A stretch of 64,000 bases of DNA, taken from the NCBI GenBank assembly GCA_029548865.1, contig JAKPMO010000023.1, positions 1 through 64,000 on the forward strand, written 5' to 3'. The notes under the pieces were generated by a model. It made no database searches. It was not told the origin of the DNA and saw nothing but the letters and a program-made list of their open reading frames with translations. This stretch comes from Caldisericota bacterium (GTDB lineage: Bacteria > Caldisericota > Caldisericia > JAAYUI01). How positions within the stretch are numbered: position 1 is the stretch's first letter; every line of letters starts with the position of its first letter. Shown here one piece after another: positions 1 to 9,157 of this stretch. The position numbers were made by a program, and so were the translations under genes.

Positions 1-251
1 AACAGAGATGCTGGCAATTCAATACCTGAGAACTTGTCTATACAGGTAGAACCAAACCCTGAATATTTGATATAGTATTGGCCATAAAAACTATTCCGAT
101 AAATGCTATAATCATCATCCAGTACCTGGTTTTCTCCAGAATACGGTAAAACCGGAAACTGCAGTTCTGTTTGCCCTCTTGTCCCCAAGGTCATCTGTGA
201 GCAAATAACCAGCACAAGTATTGCAAGAACAACAAACTTTCTGAATCTCAT
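1..251 (-). CDS. Secreted hypothetical protein, N-terminal part (runs off the window start)
   Basis: ATG at 251 with GGAGG 5 nt upstream; translates MRFRKFVVLAILVLVICSQMTLGTRGQTELQFPVLPY..., signal-peptide-like, open to position 1. Confidence 0.7.
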   Translation of the reverse strand, partial: MRFRKFVVLAILVLVICSQMTLGTRGQTELQFPVLPYSGENQVLDDDYSIYRNSFYGQYYIKYSGFGSTCIDKFSGIELPASL

Positions 252-720
252 ATCGCCTCCTCAACCAAACCAATAACCAAAGCCAATTATTCAATTGACC
301 AATAAATATTGCTTCCGTCTCTAATACTCTTTTGGATTTGTTTTGGTTTGAATTGAAGATCTTTCAACAGCAGACCTGATATTAGCCCTGACAACATCCT
401 GCATGTTTGATATAAGGGACACCAACCTTGACCTGTCCTCGCCCGTTACTTTGTAATGATAGAAATCTAGTGTCCCCTCCTGAGATTTGCCACGGGTTTG
501 ACCTGAATGATGGATCTCCTGGTGTGATATGGACACAGTGTCTTTCAATTTCTGACGAGTATTATGGAGAACCCAGACCCATCTGGACATTTTGTGGGTG
601 GCCAGAGGCAATCACTTGTGCCAGCTTTTCAGAGAGTTCAAAGGTTTGCTTGGCAATCACAGAATCGAGTTGTGCCAAAGAGCTTCCAATTCAAAGTCAA
701 TTCGTTGGATTTATCAGTGC

Positions 721-1194
721 TTAAGCTTCGTTATAGGCTTTCTCTAGGTCGGCAATAATAAATTTTGTCATCTTGAGCATCGCCTGGACAACAGCGGCAG
801 ACTTCTTTTTATCGGGATCCGATACGAACTTGCCAAAGATGTCAGGCACAATCTGCCACGGCACGCCAAATTTGTCCATCAGCCATCCACATTCGATTTT
901 TTGCCCATTTTCTGAAAGCTTTTCCCAGAAATAGTCAATTTGCTCCTGGGTTGAACAATGGATGTAAAACGATGTGGCATATGAGAATTTGTAAAGCGGA
1001 CCACCATTAAACAATGTGAATGTATTGCCGTCCAGCTCCACGCCAACCGTCATAACCTGGCCAGCATTGCCCGGACTGCCCTCCGGATAATGTGAAATTT
1101 CTGTTATCCTCGAGTTTGGAAAGACAGAGAGATAGAAATTTGCTGCATCCATGGCCTGATTGTCGAACCACAGGAACGGAGTTATCTTGGTCAT
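721..1194 (-). CDS. VOC/PhnB-like family protein (3-demethylubiquinone-9 3-methyltransferase-like)
   Basis: MTKITPFLWFD...AANFYLSVF, NGGP, CGWLMDKFGVPWQIVP, AMLKMTK motifs; GAGG RBS. Confidence 0.9.
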   Translation of the reverse strand: MTKITPFLWFDNQAMDAANFYLSVFPNSRITEISHYPEGSPGNAGQVMTVGVELDGNTFTLFNGGPLYKFSYATSFYIHCSTQEQIDYFWEKLSENGQKIECGWLMDKFGVPWQIVPDIFGKFVSDPDKKKSAAVVQAMLKMTKFIIADLEKAYNEA

Positions 1195-1320
1195 TTGGAC
1201 ACCTCTTTCGAAACTGATTAGAGCATACCTGCTTGTAACGCAAGGTCAATATATAAAAGTTTGCTACAAGTTGGGTTGTATAAGCATTCATAAGCAATTC
1301 ATAGTTGAGAAAGTAAGCCC

Positions 1321-1472
1321 GTCAAATGCAAAGATCTTGCCGCGATTGTGCCTGTTGAAAATCTAGTATTGCCTAAGAAACTTGAAGACGGCCACGATTA
1401 AAGCTTGCAAGGCAAGCTTTTGGGGAAGATAATAATATAACTTTTGAAGATGTTTTGGCAAAATTTGGATTG
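1321..1472 (+). pseudogene. Frameshifted fragment of a Phd/YefM-like type II antitoxin
   Basis: KDLAAIVPVENLVLPKKLEDGHD then a -1 shift at about 1398 gives LKLARQAFGEDNNITFEDVLAKFGL, resembling antitoxin C-termini; N-terminal half missing (stop at 1306). Confidence 0.5.
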
Positions 1473-1494
1473 ATGAGGAGCGCAAACAATTGTG

Positions 1495-1656
1495 ATGCCC
1501 AATCTGACACCGCCAAAATACAGGGTGCTGTACGAGATTTATCCTGACAAGGCCTGTGCCAATGAGACCGCAGAGCAGTGCAGTCTTTGCCTGAAACAGC
1601 GCGTTGAGGCCATTGGCCGCCGGATCGGCTCAGGGCCTGGCGAGAGGAGAAAATAA
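1495..1656 (+). pseudogene. Short ORF, possible RelE/ParE toxin remnant
   Basis: 53 aa MPNLTPPKYRVLYEIYPDK...RVEAIGRR; YRVLYEI and IGxRR resemble the RelE C-terminal strands; follows the antitoxin fragment. Confidence 0.3.
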
Positions 1657-1663
1657 GTGAAGA

Positions 1664-2788
1664 ATGAATGATGTAGATATTGAATTAAATATTAAAAAAT
1701 TAAATGAGCTTTCTAATTTATTAAAAGATTACAATCGTGTTTTTCCTAGTAGCATAGAAATAGGTTGTCTGGAGAATTGTACCAATAAGGAGATAAAACA
1801 GCTATTAAACGATCTGTATGGAGAATCTTTAAAAAATATTTCTACTCTTTCTAAGGCAGAGGTTCGAACCATATGGAGTGAATTTAACAAATCAGTTCAG
1901 TATTATCATCGTTTACCAATAAATAATATTTATAAATGTGCTGCATGGGCAATATTAATTAATAACCTACAGAAACGTTATTTTTCTTTAGATAATATTG
2001 TTAATCCAAGCAATAAACCACGACTCTTTGATATTTATCCAGAGCTAAGTGAATTAATAGATGACGATGGTTTGATGAATCTTAGTAGTAATTTGTACTA
2101 TTATGAAAATAACGATCATTATGCATATAAGGAGCATATATTGTTTTATCATCGTTTTTTGGAAGTAGATTATGCAAAAGAAATGACACAGAAGTTTAAT
2201 AAATTATACCAAAAAGAAGACAGTAAAAATAAATTTAGGATTGCATTTGATTTTAATAGAGTTTGTAAAGTAAAAGATTTTAGACGCATATATTTATTTG
2301 ATACTTGGTACGGGCGAGAATTTGATGTAAATAAAATTGATGATCCAAATTTTATTGGTTTAACGGTTAAAAGTAGTGACAAGAAATCTTCGGGTTTAAT
2401 GAAAAATCTTGACAGAACAGAATTTTATTGGAAATACGATAAAAAGCAAAACCTCAAAACATTTGAAATAGAAGAAATTGTTGATTTAAACTATCTAAGA
2501 GGTGGTTACAACGTGAACCGTTATATACATTCAGAAAGAGATATTAAAAAGAAAAAATTTATTCATTTAGATGGCGCAATAAAAATATACGGCACATCTA
2601 ATTATCAAGAAAGATTTGACTCGAAGATGCCAAAAGAATATAAAGCAGATAAATATATCAAGCTTTTTAGAATTGATGGAGATATTTCATATAGAGATTG
2701 GTCTGAACTCATCTCATTTTACTATAAATACAATAGAATGATAATTGAATATTTTGATTTTGAGGAGTACAAAAAACTGTTTCCTTGA
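1664..2788 (+). CDS. AT-rich hypothetical protein (probably horizontally acquired)
   Basis: 374 aa ORF, GAGGAG upstream, sharply lower GC than flanks; C-terminal block FIHLDGAIKIY...KLFRIDG...W...IIEYF. Confidence 0.85.
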   Translation: MNDVDIELNIKKLNELSNLLKDYNRVFPSSIEIGCLENCTNKEIKQLLNDLYGESLKNISTLSKAEVRTIWSEFNKSVQYYHRLPINNIYKCAAWAILINNLQKRYFSLDNIVNPSNKPRLFDIYPELSELIDDDGLMNLSSNLYYYENNDHYAYKEHILFYHRFLEVDYAKEMTQKFNKLYQKEDSKNKFRIAFDFNRVCKVKDFRRIYLFDTWYGREFDVNKIDDPNFIGLTVKSSDKKSSGLMKNLDRTEFYWKYDKKQNLKTFEIEEIVDLNYLRGGYNVNRYIHSERDIKKKKFIHLDGAIKIYGTSNYQERFDSKMPKEYKADKYIKLFRIDGDISYRDWSELISFYYKYNRMIIEYFDFEEYKKLFP

Positions 2789-2842
2789 TATAGCTTACAG
2801 TTAACTTATTCCATATATAAATTCATTTATTTATGAAATTCA

Positions 2843-2869
2843 AAAGCCGGAGGGAAAACCTCCGGCTTT
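2843..2869. terminator. Bidirectional intrinsic terminator
   Basis: AAAGCCGGAGG-GAAAA-CCTCCGGCTTT between convergent genes. Confidence 0.85.
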
Positions 2870-2895
2870 ATGTTTAGGGGAGATTGCTTAGAGAT

Positions 2896-3222
2896 TTATT
2901 GAATTGCGAAAACGGCCTTTATCTTCTGCTCGAGCATGGGTTTTGGGACCGCGCCAATCAGGGTGTCAATCCTCTTGCCATCTTTGAAGAAGATGATCGA
3001 CGGGATCGAGGTCACGCCGTTTAGCGAGGCCGCCTTCTGGTTTTCGTCCACGTTGATCTTGGCGAAGGTGACCTTGTCGCCCAGGGTGTTTGAAATCTCC
3101 TCAAAGATCGGGCCGATCATGCGGCATGGGCCGCACCAGGGTGCCCAGAAGTCCACCACGAGGGGTTTGCCTTCCTTGACCAGCTTGTCATACTCGTCAT
3201 CGTTGATGTGTTGCACTGCCAT
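2896..3222 (-). CDS. trxA: Thioredoxin
   Basis: DFWAPWCGPC active site, SIP cis-Pro, 108 aa, GGAGG RBS. Confidence 0.97.
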   Translation of the reverse strand: MAVQHINDDEYDKLVKEGKPLVVDFWAPWCGPCRMIGPIFEEISNTLGDKVTFAKINVDENQKAASLNGVTSIPSIIFFKDGKRIDTLIGAVPKPMLEQKIKAVFAIQ

Positions 3223-3242
3223 TGTTTCCTCCTATACCTGTT

Positions 3243-3863
3243 CTAGATAGAGCTTTTAATGTATGAAATCAACTCAGGAAGGGGCATTACCCCGGTCTTG
3301 AGTGTTTCTTTCTTTCCGTCCACAACCAGCGCCGGAACACTCTGGATCCCGAATGATTTTGTAAGTTCCGGGAAAGAGCCGGTCATGACAATTTTTGAAT
3401 GGACCTTTTCTTTTGAGGCCACCGCAAAAGAGATCAGGAAAAAGGCCGAAGAGGGGCAGTATGGGCAGGTTGTGGTGGCGAAAAGCGTGAGTTCGACTGG
3501 CTTTGGGAATTCCCCGGCACCCTTTGCGATGTTCTCAAGGACTGCCTCTGGCCCCTGGCTTGCAAGGACTATCGCTTTTATCAGCGATTGCACTTCCAGC
3601 CCTGAGGGTGCGCCCCAAAACTCCAAGTGGTAGCCGAGGTTTTCGCCTACCTTCAGGATTGGCCCCACCTCAGTGGTTTTGTCCCCGATGTGAACCGAGA
3701 GCTTTGGTGAGAGGGAAGCTATCTGCTCAAGAAACTCTTTGAGGTCGGTTGATTCCTCCCCAAAATCCTTGTCTGGAAGCAGCATTAGCTCGACATCCCT
3801 AGTGAGGGTGTCCTTAAACGCTTTTGCCAGTTCCAGCTTGATTTTCTCTTCCTGAGCGTCCAT
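3243..3863 (-). CDS. Two-domain thioredoxin-fold protein disulfide oxidoreductase (AhpF-NTD/PDO-like)
   Basis: C-terminal TCPYCP and SVP motifs, central FWGAPSGLE; ATG at 3863 after AGGAG. Confidence 0.8.
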   Translation of the reverse strand: MDAQEEKIKLELAKAFKDTLTRDVELMLLPDKDFGEESTDLKEFLEQIASLSPKLSVHIGDKTTEVGPILKVGENLGYHLEFWGAPSGLEVQSLIKAIVLASQGPEAVLENIAKGAGEFPKPVELTLFATTTCPYCPSSAFFLISFAVASKEKVHSKIVMTGSFPELTKSFGIQSVPALVVDGKKETLKTGVMPLPELISYIKSSI

Positions 3864-3962
3864 TCTTTCTCCTTGACAAAAAATTTTAGTCAATAGAAGG
3901 CATCCTTCAACTACCCTTTAGTTAAACTACCAAAATTGCCTGGCATAAAGAAGCCTTATGCC

Positions 3963-3982
3963 ATTATACCTGCAAGGGGTAT
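3963..3982 (-). promoter_or_regulatory. TATAAT -10 box overlapped by a CsoR/CstR-like operator
   Basis: ATACC-TGCAAGG-GGTAT (3966-3982), inverted ends around a G tract; ATTATA at 3963-3968 is TATAAT on the minus strand upstream of the PDO-trxA operon. Confidence 0.5.
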
Positions 3983-4086
3983 TTCCCTGCCTATTCTATT
4001 TCATTGTACCACGACAGGAGAATTTTTGAATAAGGGTTTAGGGTAGGTGTGAAATTATTGTGAAGCCGGGGCAGATTTTTGGTTTT

Positions 4087-4569
4087 TTAGGCTGTCAGGA
4101 CTTTTTCTTCGCCAAGCAGATTTACTAGAATATTTCTAGCTTCTTTGACATCTTCTATTGTGAAGAAATATTCCCTTCCATCATTGGATTCTATCTTGAC
4201 GCTGGTTCCAGAAAAACCCATTAAATTTATCTTTTTGGTTGTTGGTGAATCTGTGTGGTTTTTCTCTTGAAAGACCACTTTTCTTATTGAGCTTATTGGA
4301 ATATCTTTCACATACACTAAATGCCCAAATCCAACACTTCTTTTGCTTATCCGGACAATATATTTCGATGCTTTGTGAGCCAAGAAAGCAAGAAGACACA
4401 ATATCAGTATGGCGCATATCAGAACATCAATCAGCAGGACCCAGTATTGGAAAATTAATGTGCCGTATACTGAGAAAACACGGATAAGATAACCCAAAGC
4501 GATGAGTGAAAAGACTAACCAGATAAAATTTACTGAATGTTCTTCGAAGAAAAGCATTGAAATCAACAT
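4087..4569 (-). CDS. Small membrane protein, paralogue 4 of tandem array (2 TM plus PH-like domain)
   Basis: Two hydrophobic helices, IPISSIRKV, FFTIEDVKEARNILVNLLGEEKV shared with neighbours. Confidence 0.8.
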   Translation of the reverse strand: MLISMLFFEEHSVNFIWLVFSLIALGYLIRVFSVYGTLIFQYWVLLIDVLICAILILCLLAFLAHKASKYIVRISKRSVGFGHLVYVKDIPISSIRKVVFQEKNHTDSPTTKKINLMGFSGTSVKIESNDGREYFFTIEDVKEARNILVNLLGEEKVLTA

Positions 4570-4631
4570 CCCCTCTCTCTAAAATGCTCTTTGGAAAAAA
4601 TTACATTGTGTTTGCCATTTAGTCAACAACC

Positions 4632-5120
4632 CTAGGCCACTTTTTCCTTGCCCAGCAGACTTGTCAGGACTTTTCTGGCCTCTTCAGCATCTCTAATCGA
4701 AAAGAAGAACACTTCTTCACCATCATACTCCACTTTCATCACATCGTAGCAACCGGTTATGTAGCTTCTTCTGTTACCGTGATATTGGTTGAAGATAGTA
4801 TTTTCTCTTGCAAGCAAGTAGCCATCGGTAATGAAAGAGATTTTGTCTATATTTTTAATGGATATTTTAACTATCAATGGTGGATATCCAAATTTGAGGA
4901 ATTGATCATCAATACTAACAATAAACCAAGTTCGCACGATTGATAAAAATAGACAGTAAGATACTATTATGTCTATAGCAACCATGTAGAACCACATAGA
5001 TACATCAAACATAGAATAATTGAGTAATATAACGAGATTAATAAAAATAAATAATATGCTTGCAGCAAATACAGCAATCAAGTTGTTATTGACAGGATAT
5101 CTTTCTTCGTATGGGCTCAT
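4632..5120 (-). CDS. Small membrane protein, paralogue 3
   Basis: MSPYEERY, FGYPP, FFSIRDAEEARKVLTSLLGKEKV; GGAGG RBS. Confidence 0.85.
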   Translation of the reverse strand: MSPYEERYPVNNNLIAVFAASILFIFINLVILLNYSMFDVSMWFYMVAIDIIVSYCLFLSIVRTWFIVSIDDQFLKFGYPPLIVKISIKNIDKISFITDGYLLARENTIFNQYHGNRRSYITGCYDVMKVEYDGEEVFFFSIRDAEEARKVLTSLLGKEKVA

Positions 5121-5161
5121 ACCAATTTACCTCCGGGTTGTATTTATGTAATTATAAAATC

Positions 5162-5665
5162 CTATTTTTGTGAAGAGTCAGAATAAACCTTGTTCTTTCC
5201 AATGAGCCCAGACAATATCCTCTCGACTTCTTGCGGGTTCTTTACCGAGAAAAAATAAACATCTCTTCCCTGACTTTTCACTTTTACTACATCGCCCTGG
5301 CCTGTGAGGTAGCTGATGCCGCCATAGAATGACCATGATATGCCAACTCTTCCGGAAAGCTTGAAACCATCGTCAATAAATGATATTTTTTCAATTTCCT
5401 TGAGCGGGATTTTGGGCATGAATGGTGGAAAACCAAATGATAAAACATCTTCTTTGATCCTAAAGGTGAATCTGGTTTCTGCTAGTGTAACTAGCACTCC
5501 AGAAATCATCGTTAGTTCCATTATTATGCTAAATCCTAACGAGTGATCCGATGAATCGACAATATTTAGCCATAACATGAAACTAACGAGTATTGCAAGA
5601 ATAATCATTAAAACCAACATTGGTAATCTTTTGTCCACAAAATATTTTTCTTCATAAAGCACCAT
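5162..5665 (-). CDS. Small membrane protein, paralogue 2
   Basis: MVLYEEKY, FGFPP, FFSVKNPQEVERILSGLIGKNKV; GGAGG RBS. Confidence 0.85.
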   Translation of the reverse strand: MVLYEEKYFVDKRLPMLVLMIILAILVSFMLWLNIVDSSDHSLGFSIIMELTMISGVLVTLAETRFTFRIKEDVLSFGFPPFMPKIPLKEIEKISFIDDGFKLSGRVGISWSFYGGISYLTGQGDVVKVKSQGRDVYFFSVKNPQEVERILSGLIGKNKVYSDSSQK

Positions 5666-5709
5666 ATTGGCCTCCTCCCATGATTTTTTCTTTTTATTAT
5701 TATGAAAAA

Positions 5710-6210
5710 CTATCTTTTTGAATAGTCCTCAAAAATCTTGTCTTTTCCAAGCAACTTACCCAGGATTCTCTTTACTTCTTCGGGGTTTTTCACCGAGAAT
5801 CCATGCCTTCTTCCATTGCTCCATTCAACTCTTGCCAGATCGCCCCAGAATGTTACATAGTTCCATCCGCCACCCGAGGAGAGCCTTATGCCTATTCCGC
5901 CTGATGACAGGAAACCAACTTTTGTGAATGTTACGTTACCTATTTGTTCAAGCGGTATCCTGACGATGATGGGTGGATAACCGAATGAAAGGGTTTTTTC
6001 GTCAATCCTCACCATAAATCTTGTCATGACAGAAAGCAGGAAAATTGCTGGTAACACGGCCAGAGCATTTATCAGGATAATTGGCCAGAGCTCTTCTGTT
6101 TTCGGAACGCTGAACCAGACAGCAACACTAGAGGCGATAATTATAAATCCTGCGATTATTGAAACCCAGACGATCGTTTTCACTGTATATTTCTCTTCGT
6201 AAAGTACCAT
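5710..6210 (-). CDS. Small membrane protein, paralogue 1
   Basis: MVLYEEKY, FGYPP, GGIGIR, FSVKNPEEVKRILGKLLGKDK; AGGAG RBS. Confidence 0.85.
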   Translation of the reverse strand: MVLYEEKYTVKTIVWVSIIAGFIIIASSVAVWFSVPKTEELWPIILINALAVLPAIFLLSVMTRFMVRIDEKTLSFGYPPIIVRIPLEQIGNVTFTKVGFLSSGGIGIRLSSGGGWNYVTFWGDLARVEWSNGRRHGFSVKNPEEVKRILGKLLGKDKIFEDYSKR

Positions 6211-6354
6211 AAATAAAATCTCCTTTTCTCCAGGGTAAATCCTAGAGAGACATTATTGGACACACTCTGCGTGAAATTGTTTTTTTGCAGTGGCCTAATT
6301 GATTTTAATCATTGCGCAAATTAGACTAAATTTGAATCCTTACTGGAGGTGCTT

Positions 6355-7932
6355 ATGAGGACAAGTTTTAAGAAAGTGCTACTTGTTGTACTGGCTTTAG
6401 CTATTTTGGCTTCCAGCGCCATTGTTGCAAAGCCATCCAAAGCCGAAAACGTTGAGATATTCGGCGTTGCATCAAACAGCTTTGGTTATTACATATATGT
6501 TGCCGACTCGATCCACAACAGGGTCATAAAGTACGACCTGATGGGCAACTACCTCGCCGATTTCATCAAGACAGACAAAAAAGGCCCATGTCCGAACTGG
6601 GACTACAAAGGCCTCATAGCAGTTTCAGTGTGCCGCATTACTGACGTTTTTGCAGTCACTGACCACATTCTCAAAAAATGCTTCACCTTCAATCCGGACT
6701 CAGTTCCTCACCATCCAATTGGAGATCCATCCAAGAATGAGCTTGTCAATCCATGGCATGCATCAGAAACTGAAATAGCAGATGATATTGGAAACTATGT
6801 TATCGACAGGGATGGAAACAAGTTCTGCAGGTTCGACCCGCCGGCCATTGATTTTGATAAACAGGCAGTCGAGTGCGATGTTTATGGCAGGATGAGGTTC
6901 TCTGTTCCAGATGGTTACAAGAGCGGTGCTGCTCCTGCTGGCAGTGGCAGTGGACAGTTCAGGAACCCAGAAGGTATAGCTGTTGACCGTAGGGGATATG
7001 TCCTTGTAGCTGACACTGGCAACAACAGGATCCAGAAGTTCAGAAGATCAGGTGAATTCGTAATGGAATGGGGCGAGAAGGGTGATGGCCCGAAGCAGTT
7101 CAACAAGCCAGTTTATATCATTCCAGATTACAATGATGACTCACCAAACAGATATTACATCTGTGACCAGGGCAATAACAGAATCCAGGTTTTTGATGAA
7201 TATGGCAAGTATCTTGATACCATCCAGCCGATGGTTGATGGAAAGCCACTTTTCAACAATATTGTCGCCTGTGCGATCGACATGGATTACAACATCTGGG
7301 TAGCAGATGCTGCAGAAGATGGTCAGCGCATCTACAAGCTCGCGAGCGTTGATTCACCAAAGAAGTATCAGCTTCTCCTCACACTCAATGACCCGATGAA
7401 CCCGCCACCAATATATATCCATGTGATTAGAAACCAGCTCAAGAAATACTTTGCCTCTGTCGACGAAACAAAAGTCTCGATAAAGCCATATTCTTCAATA
7501 ATCAATGGCAGAACAATGGTCCCGCTTCGCTGGATTGCTGAAAACGTCCTCACAAACAAGGACCCAAAAAAGGGTGTAACCTACGAGTGCAAAGTTGATT
7601 GGAATGACAAAACCAGATGTGCAACATTCACTCTGGACAAGATTGTTTTCTCCGACAAGCTTGTCTATCCGAAAACAGTTGTCACAGTTTGCCTTAACAA
7701 TCCAGTCGGCTCGATCAATGGGAAACCAGCACCTATTGATTCAACGAATCCAAAGGTAAAGCCAGAAAATGTTAATGATAGAACGATGGTTCCGGCGCGT
7801 TTCATTGAAGAAGCCTTTGGCGCTGAGGTCAGGTTCAAGACCAAGAATGAAATGCCAAAAACCCCAAATGATGAAGTCATATTCCTCATGCCAAGCACAA
7901 TTAAAGTAAAAGAGGCCTACGGGACAAAGTAA
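6355..7932 (+). CDS. Secreted NHL-repeat protein with C-terminal copper-amine-oxidase-like (stalk) domain
   Basis: Signal peptide; GQFRNPEGIAVD...VADTGNNRIQKF NHL repeats; NGRTMVPLRWI and DRTMVPARFIEEAFGAEV; GGAGG RBS. Confidence 0.9.
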   Translation: MRTSFKKVLLVVLALAILASSAIVAKPSKAENVEIFGVASNSFGYYIYVADSIHNRVIKYDLMGNYLADFIKTDKKGPCPNWDYKGLIAVSVCRITDVFAVTDHILKKCFTFNPDSVPHHPIGDPSKNELVNPWHASETEIADDIGNYVIDRDGNKFCRFDPPAIDFDKQAVECDVYGRMRFSVPDGYKSGAAPAGSGSGQFRNPEGIAVDRRGYVLVADTGNNRIQKFRRSGEFVMEWGEKGDGPKQFNKPVYIIPDYNDDSPNRYYICDQGNNRIQVFDEYGKYLDTIQPMVDGKPLFNNIVACAIDMDYNIWVADAAEDGQRIYKLASVDSPKKYQLLLTLNDPMNPPPIYIHVIRNQLKKYFASVDETKVSIKPYSSIINGRTMVPLRWIAENVLTNKDPKKGVTYECKVDWNDKTRCATFTLDKIVFSDKLVYPKTVVTVCLNNPVGSINGKPAPIDSTNPKVKPENVNDRTMVPARFIEEAFGAEVRFKTKNEMPKTPNDEVIFLMPSTIKVKEAYGTK

Positions 7933-7936
7933 CTTG

Positions 7937-8548
7937 ATGGACCAATCATCAAAACAAAAAAAGAATCTTTGGGCCAGATGGCGGCCTTTTGTGGCCGCCA
8001 TCCTGGCCCTTGCCATATTTATGGGCGGGGCATGGCTCTTGTCTCCGAACAAAGTAAAGTGGCAAGTCAATTTTGCATTCAGGGAAATGTGGAGGTCACT
8101 CACCGAGAACTGGGGTGACAAGTGGGACACAGTCCTTCAGATGCTCGGATTTGATGACACACCTGCCGGAGCAAGGGTCGCAATAGCCTGTACCCAATGC
8201 GATGTGTGTGCTGCTGTTATAAATCGCTATTTCCACAGGTATGATTCAAAAGACATCAAATCGCTGCTCAGAAAGACTGATCTTGGGCCGATGATTATAG
8301 ACATCAGATCTGTTGATGAATACGAGAAAGGGCACATCCCGGGGGCCTTGCCAATGCCACTTCCAACATTGAAGGAAGATATCTGGTCTGTAAACAGAAA
8401 GACCCCGATCATAATCGTTGGTAATGGTGATGAAGACTACCGCAAGATTGGCGATGATATTGTTGAAAAGTGGAGATTTTACAATACAGGCTATCTCGTT
8501 GGTGGCATGAAGGCCTGGGATGGTGAAATTGAGGTTGAAAAGCCGTGA
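7937..8548 (+). CDS. Membrane-anchored rhodanese-like domain protein
   Basis: IIDIRSVDEYEKGHIPGA and LVGGMKAW rhodanese motifs; N-terminal TM; CTQCDVC motif. Confidence 0.85.
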   Translation: MDQSSKQKKNLWARWRPFVAAILALAIFMGGAWLLSPNKVKWQVNFAFREMWRSLTENWGDKWDTVLQMLGFDDTPAGARVAIACTQCDVCAAVINRYFHRYDSKDIKSLLRKTDLGPMIIDIRSVDEYEKGHIPGALPMPLPTLKEDIWSVNRKTPIIIVGNGDEDYRKIGDDIVEKWRFYNTGYLVGGMKAWDGEIEVEKP

Positions 8549-9156
8549 TCTCTGAACAGCCAAATCAACAAACAATTCAATCTCCGTCCATCACGAGAAT
8601 GGCCAAGAAAAAAAGAAGTAAAATTCCAACCGACAGGATAGCAGAGCTTGGCGTTGTGACCGCTGCTGTGACTGTTGTCTATATCTTCACGGGCCCTCTT
8701 ATTGATAATATCATTCCTTATGTCGGCTGTATCTTGAGAACCATTGCTGTTGGTGTTTTCTTGTCAGGCGTCAGGCACTATGCTGCCTGGGAACTCCTTT
8801 TGATCAACATTATTGCTTCAGCTTTCTATTTCTTTTTTATTCCGTGCCTCAACAGCTTCATAGGCATACCGGCAGCTTTCGTGTTTGTGGCCACATATGC
8901 TTCACTGAGAAGATATATGCAGGCCTGGCTGGTTACCACCATTGCCAGCATTCTTTCCTATGGTGCTATGATTGCTGTTCTTGCGATCTGGGAACCATCC
9001 AAGTTTTATGAAAAATTCATGACGGCTCTTTCCTGGAGCTGGATACTTTTGATAGCGATACCCCTTCTTGCCTGGTGGAGGCAAAGACGGTCAAATGATG
9101 TTGGTTGCGCTGGATGCACAATGAGTTGCGAATCCAACGTCTTCAAGGAGCAATAA
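8545..9156 (+). CDS. Polytopic membrane protein with Cys-rich C-terminal tail
   Basis: About 6 hydrophobic segments; GCAGCTMSC tail; GTGA overlap with the upstream gene. Confidence 0.75.
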   Translation: MISEQPNQQTIQSPSITRMAKKKRSKIPTDRIAELGVVTAAVTVVYIFTGPLIDNIIPYVGCILRTIAVGVFLSGVRHYAAWELLLINIIASAFYFFFIPCLNSFIGIPAAFVFVATYASLRRYMQAWLVTTIASILSYGAMIAVLAIWEPSKFYEKFMTALSWSWILLIAIPLLAWWRQRRSNDVGCAGCTMSCESNVFKEQ

Positions 9157-9157
9157 T

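Noticed and set aside
321..720. Short overlapping ORFs (321-611 minus, 428-724 plus)
   Set aside because: No RBS or recognisable motifs; may be gene debris but cannot be supported
1400..1421. Hairpin AAAGCTTGC-AAG-GCAAGCTTT as a terminator
   Set aside because: Lies inside the putative antitoxin remnant and has no intact upstream gene
4087..6210. Paralogue array as integron cassettes or a diversity-generating retroelement target
   Set aside because: No attC-like repeats between genes, no integrase or reverse transcriptase, no near-identical template repeat
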